NCBI GenBank assembly: GCA_024626585.2
Contig: JANKJI020000002.1
Span: forward strand, 40,400,332 to 40,416,044
Source: Ginkgo biloba
Taxonomy: Eukaryota; Plantae; Ginkgophyta
Length of the DNA: 15,713 nt
Direction: 5' to 3'
The position numbers and the translations under genes are program-made. The number at the start of each line of letters is the position of its first letter. Position 1 is the stretch's first letter. This document shows, one piece after another, positions 11,894 through 15,713 of this stretch. The notes beneath the pieces were generated by a model. It did no database searches and was not told where the DNA came from. It saw only the letters and a program-made list of their open reading frames with translations.

Positions 11894-12687
11894 TAATGGA
11901 ATGTATTCCATAGTATGTTTCATCAAGTATATATGGCCTGAAAGACTTGATAGACTTGACCAAGGAATAAGCTTTCTATTTTACATTGGAGTACCTCAAC
12001 TCATAATCTTTTAGTACCTTTCTCATAAAATAAATGGGACATTCATATCCATTATCATTCTTTTACACTAAGGCAATAACAACTTCTTATTCTGAGCCAT
12101 ACGAATATATGTTTAAATCTTTTTAGAAGTAAGGTGTTGTAAGTATAGGATTTATTGTGAGAGAATTTTTTATTTTTGAATAAACTTCCTTGGCATCTTC
12201 AGTCAACTTGAACTCTTCCTCTTTCTTCAACATCCGAGTGATTGGTCGAACAATGTTGGAAAAATCATGAACAAATCTCATAACAAAATTTATTTTTATA
12301 AGGAAATATTGGACATCGTTTTTACTGGATGGGAATGGTATGGACTAGATTATTTTCACTCTATTTGTATCTATAATTGTATCTTCCATTATTACAATAT
12401 GGGCCAACAATTTTCCTTCGATTAATCCTAACCTTGATTTCTTAGAGTTTAGAAAAAAGGTTAAAACTCATACATCTCTCAAAGATTGTCCTGAGATGTC
12501 TAATGTAATATGTTATTTCTTTGAAAAAGATAGTTATATCATCCAAATAGATTACAATACACTTTCCAACAATTTTACTAAACATAAAATCCATAGCCCT
12601 CTAAAAAGTGGCTCTAACATTCATTAGTCCAAATTATATCCTATTATATGCAAACATCCCCCATAGAGTAGTAAAATTCATTTTGTG
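11894..12687 (-). mobile_element. Degenerate Ty3/gypsy (non-chromovirus, Tat/Ogre/Athila-like) reverse transcriptase and RNase H
   Basis: Minus translation HKMNFTTLWGMFAYNRI*FGLMNVRATF*RAMDF...IVIYLDDITIF (YLDD at 12549-12538), then EGKLLAHIV...KINFVMRFVHDFSNIVRPITRMLKK and PIYFMRKVLKDYELRYS...KAYSLVKSIKSFRPYIL. Multiple stops and a frameshift. Confidence 0.93.
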
Positions 12688-13055
12688 ATGGTTTGAATCC
12701 TTTGGAGTATTTTATTCATGGAGTTTCATCACGTGGTAATTCCTTTGATCAAGCAGCAGATATACCAGGGCAATTGTTTAGAAAGCTAATGTTTTTCTTG
12801 CGTGATGTATATGTTGCTTACGATGGGACAGTTCGAAGCACGTATGGACAGCAAATCATGCAGTTTTCATATGGTGCTTTTGAGCAAAATAATCAAACCA
12901 AAATTAAAGAGAATACAAAGCAGGTTGAAAGATGGTTAAGGAAAGCAGGCGAACCTGTTGGTGCGTTAGCAGCATCTTCAATTGGTAAACTTGCTTACAG
13001 CATTTTGGAGAAACAATGTGAAACATTAAAAGACCAGACTTTGCATATTCTGAAG
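12675..13055 (+). CDS. NRPD1: Internal exon fragment of DNA-directed RNA polymerase IV largest subunit (5'-truncated here; gene or pseudogene status unresolved)
   Basis: 127 uninterrupted codons: NSFCDGLNPLEYFIHGVSSRGNSFDQAADIPGQLFRKLMFFLRDVYVAYDGTVRSTYGQQIMQFSYG...AGEPVGALAASSIGKLAYSILEKQ...LHILK. Aligns colinearly with Arabidopsis NRPD1 as recalled (NSFLTGLNPLESFVHSVTSRDSSFSDNADLPGTLSRRLMFFMRDIYAAYDGTVRNSFGNQLVQFTY...TGEALGSLSACALSEAAYSALDQ...LLNLK), and better than with NRPE1 (GLDPYEE, LMAVLRD, NDGTVR). It has the short QFxYG-to-GExxG spacing typical of Pol IV/V rather than Pol II. Ends at AAG|GTTTGT donor (GT 13056-13057) followed by T-rich intron-like sequence. Confidence 0.9.
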
Positions 13056-15507
13056 GTTTGTTAAGCATCTTTTCTTAGCATAGTTTCTGAAACACCTGAT
13101 TAATCAAGATCTTGTCAAATAAGTAGAAATGAAAAGCTGCATTGACATTAAAGGTGCTGAGTACTTGTCATTTTGTATTTCCTTATTTTCTTTTTTGTCT
13201 TCTTATCATGGGGTGTTCATCTTGAAGATGTTTGCTAGGAGCTTACTAGTTACACTAAGGTATTTTAAAAGGTCCTTAATTCTTCTGAAATTTCATCTAT
13301 GATTGCCAACATTGGGGAATGATGAGCCCCCATTTCAGAAAAGGAAGCACGTAGCTTTCATCTACATGCGTCAAACTGCTTTTGGGTTTTTCTTTCCCAT
13401 GCTTCGCTTCTAAAGGCAACTATAATGACTCTTAGTAGGTCTATTACAATTGTGGACAATAAAGGTACATGGAAATTAACAAATACCTGAATGCAATAAA
13501 GAGATCACAAAACTGTTATATGCAACATAGACAAGTATTTTAGATCAAATATAAGAAAAGGTTCAATTATTAATAATCGAAATTGAGTAGGAAGTACTTC
13601 TTTCCAGTGCCCTTCTCTAAAGAAACACCTTCAAAAAATAAAGTTTCTCTTATGATTAAAATGAGCTCCTTCTGCTCTATTTGTAGCTCAAACCTTAGAA
13701 GTTTCACTTTCCGTGAGCCTCCACCTTAAAGAGCTCAGGAAAAAAATTGAGTGGACCTTATGGAGGGCACCTTGGCTTTTAATTGCTCAAAGAGCCTTCT
13801 TAAGCAGAATTTAACTTCCTAAACATATGCACAAGGGATATTTGGGATTTCAGTATCCGTAGGCCTTTGTCGTGACTTAGGTCTACAACATTATATCCCA
13901 TTCATCAATTTCTATATCAAGTCTCGGTAAGTATATATTCTGTGACATAGGCTATGTTATATAAATTTCCTGCTCATATCTCCCTCGTATGACTGACTCA
14001 GAAAATTTACTAGACAACACATACATTATAAAGAACTGCATGAAATAATATTACCAAGGTTGGAGGGCTTTAAGAAGCATTAAGAGGAAAGGTTCACAAA
14101 CCATGACGATGAGTATCATGATTGCATGTCAATGCAAATGGTACTAACTCAGCAGAAAGCACCTAACACTGCCAGATATATATTACAAATCTTGATATTC
14201 ATTTTCTGTGATTCAGCCAGTCTCAATGTAAAAACAAGGGCAAGTCAGACAGTCTTAATTATCAAGTGCAGATTTGTAGACTCACCTTGCCACATAAGCA
14301 CAAAGAAAATCTTAAACAGAAGGATTGACTTTGCTCATCCGTGATATGTTTATTTCCCCATGCCTTACCTTTGTACGTGTCACTTTTCCCTCCAGACTAA
14401 AAAAGTCATAGTATCTTGAGCCCCTTAGGAGACTTGTGCCCCAAACAGGGTGCATCCAACCATCACATCAGGGGCTATATAATTTTGTGGGTGGAAGTGA
14501 TGCATGCCCGTGAGAATTGAAATAGTAACCCCTAGGAGCAATTAGATTGATTTGTCCCATCCGAGGAAGTTCTTACCTATATGGCTGTTGACAAGGACGT
14601 CAAATACAAAAAGGCGTAAAGGACAACAGGACAAACCTTGGAGAAATAATGCAAGACAAGTTTGGATATTCTTGAAATTTGCAGGAAAATAATGAGCACA
14701 TTTTGTCTCTAACTACCATTTATATATCAAAGTTGTCAGCCATATAAATAGTCTCATGCATGTGCTTAGCAATTGATAATCGTATAAAGGTAAACCATTG
14801 AATTTGTCCATAATCTTAGAAATAACAAGAACTGATGACACTATTACCGGTTATGTTTGTGTCTTTGGGCACATCCACAAGCAATGCATGACCTGTTTAT
14901 CATCAGGAAAAAAGAGCATTTAGAGAGTGAATGTTAAAATTTCACACAGCTCAAGAGAAGGAATAGGACAGCATATGCTTCATTTTCAAATTCTCAGTTT
15001 TTCCTTAAATCTTTATACAACCATGAACAGAAAAGAACCATTGAAATAGGGCTGCAATTNNNNNNNNNNATAATCATTACAGAATTTTTATTGAGAATTT
15101 GAAGGCATATATATAATGCCTTAAAAAAAAAGGTTAAACAATGTCTCAAAAGCAATACCAAATATACTCCCAGAAAATGAAAGCAAACAAATATTCTAGG
15201 ACTCAGAGAACCAGGTCCTTTTAGCATTTCTTGATGTTTAAATATGAGAATTTGAGCTTCAACTTCACGAAGGAACCAATGTTTGGGTACAGGCAAATGG
15301 AGCATTTGGTGAAATTTATGAAGTCAAAACCCAATAATTCTAGTAGACAGATCAGGTTACACTCTCTAGAAATGCTTTGTAATTATATCGGATTCAGTAG
15401 ATCTATGTTATAAAGGTTTCTATCTTTTATACAGAGCACTGCATTAGGAGTCCGTGATCCGTTTGACGAATCTAAAAGAAGAGACCATGTCAGTCCAGGA
15501 AAGCTTG

Positions 15508-15581
15508 TCGTTGTCAGCAAAGGGCATAAAGCTATGTTCATCGTTGTCGGGAACAGATGACAAAGTCAAGACATCGTTGTC
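15508..15581 (+). repeat. Three TCGTTGTC octamers at exact 33-nt spacing
   Basis: TCGTTGTC at 15508, 15541 and 15574 with dissimilar 25-nt intervening sequences. Confidence 0.8.
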
Positions 15582-15713
15582 AGTGAAATATGCAGAATCA
15601 GTTAGTCACTGGCGGTGAATGGTGTGGCAACAGGACCGTCGGTGTCGGTGCAGGAATTAAATCGAAATTCCAGATGTTTGGAGGCTGCATGCCGACAAAA
15701 GAGAGAAAATCCA

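Noticed and set aside
2497-12014. ORF-track entries spanning N runs
   Set aside because: Artefacts of translating through gaps of unknown size.
13310-13495. C/D snoRNA (ATGATGA near 13319)
   Set aside because: No suitably placed D box or terminal stem.
13591-13730. Possible next NRPD1 exon (AG|GAA GTA CTT CTT = EVLL; LKKHLQKIKF in another frame)
   Set aside because: Stop at the 10th codon, no pyrimidine tract, and the similar words fall in different frames with the wrong spacing. Likely chance.
14126-14344. ORF containing SPCHISTKKILNRR, loosely like NRPD1 SPWVCHFHISEKVLKRK
   Set aside because: Only a few matching residues and no support in the flanking sequence.
15246-15337. Kinase-like GAFGEIYEVK peptide
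   Set aside because: A 29-codon frame bounded by stops, with no other kinase motifs.
15508-15581. CRISPR-like array or miR535-like sequence (TGACAACGA)
   Set aside because: The repeat is only 8 nt in a eukaryotic context. The miR535 similarity is limited to the first 9 nt and no hairpin is evident.

Overview
Gappy (8 N-runs), AT-rich, mostly CpG-depleted eukaryotic DNA. The style of the repeats suggests a plant, probably a gymnosperm (inference). Most of the window is decayed transposon sequence: a minus-strand Ty3/gypsy LTR-PBS-gag-protease remnant with a nested LTR (1-~1990), a LINE RT fragment (2451-2617), a second gypsy RT-RNase H fragment (11894-12687, minus) and several LTR-like or accessory-ORF remnants. 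The one clearly recognisable host sequence is an open 127-codon exon fragment of the RNA polymerase IV largest subunit, NRPD1 (12675-13055, plus), covering the bridge-helix to trigger-helix region and ending at a GT donor. Its 5' end has no usable acceptor and is fused without a gap to the antisense gypsy RT, across a short stretch that reads plausibly as either protein. There is also a decayed, apparently spliced minus-strand gene of unknown family (~8730-9959) and a CpG-rich end with a 33-nt periodic motif. No prokaryotic-type system, CRISPR array or RNA gene is supported. All protein comparisons are from memory, not from database searches.
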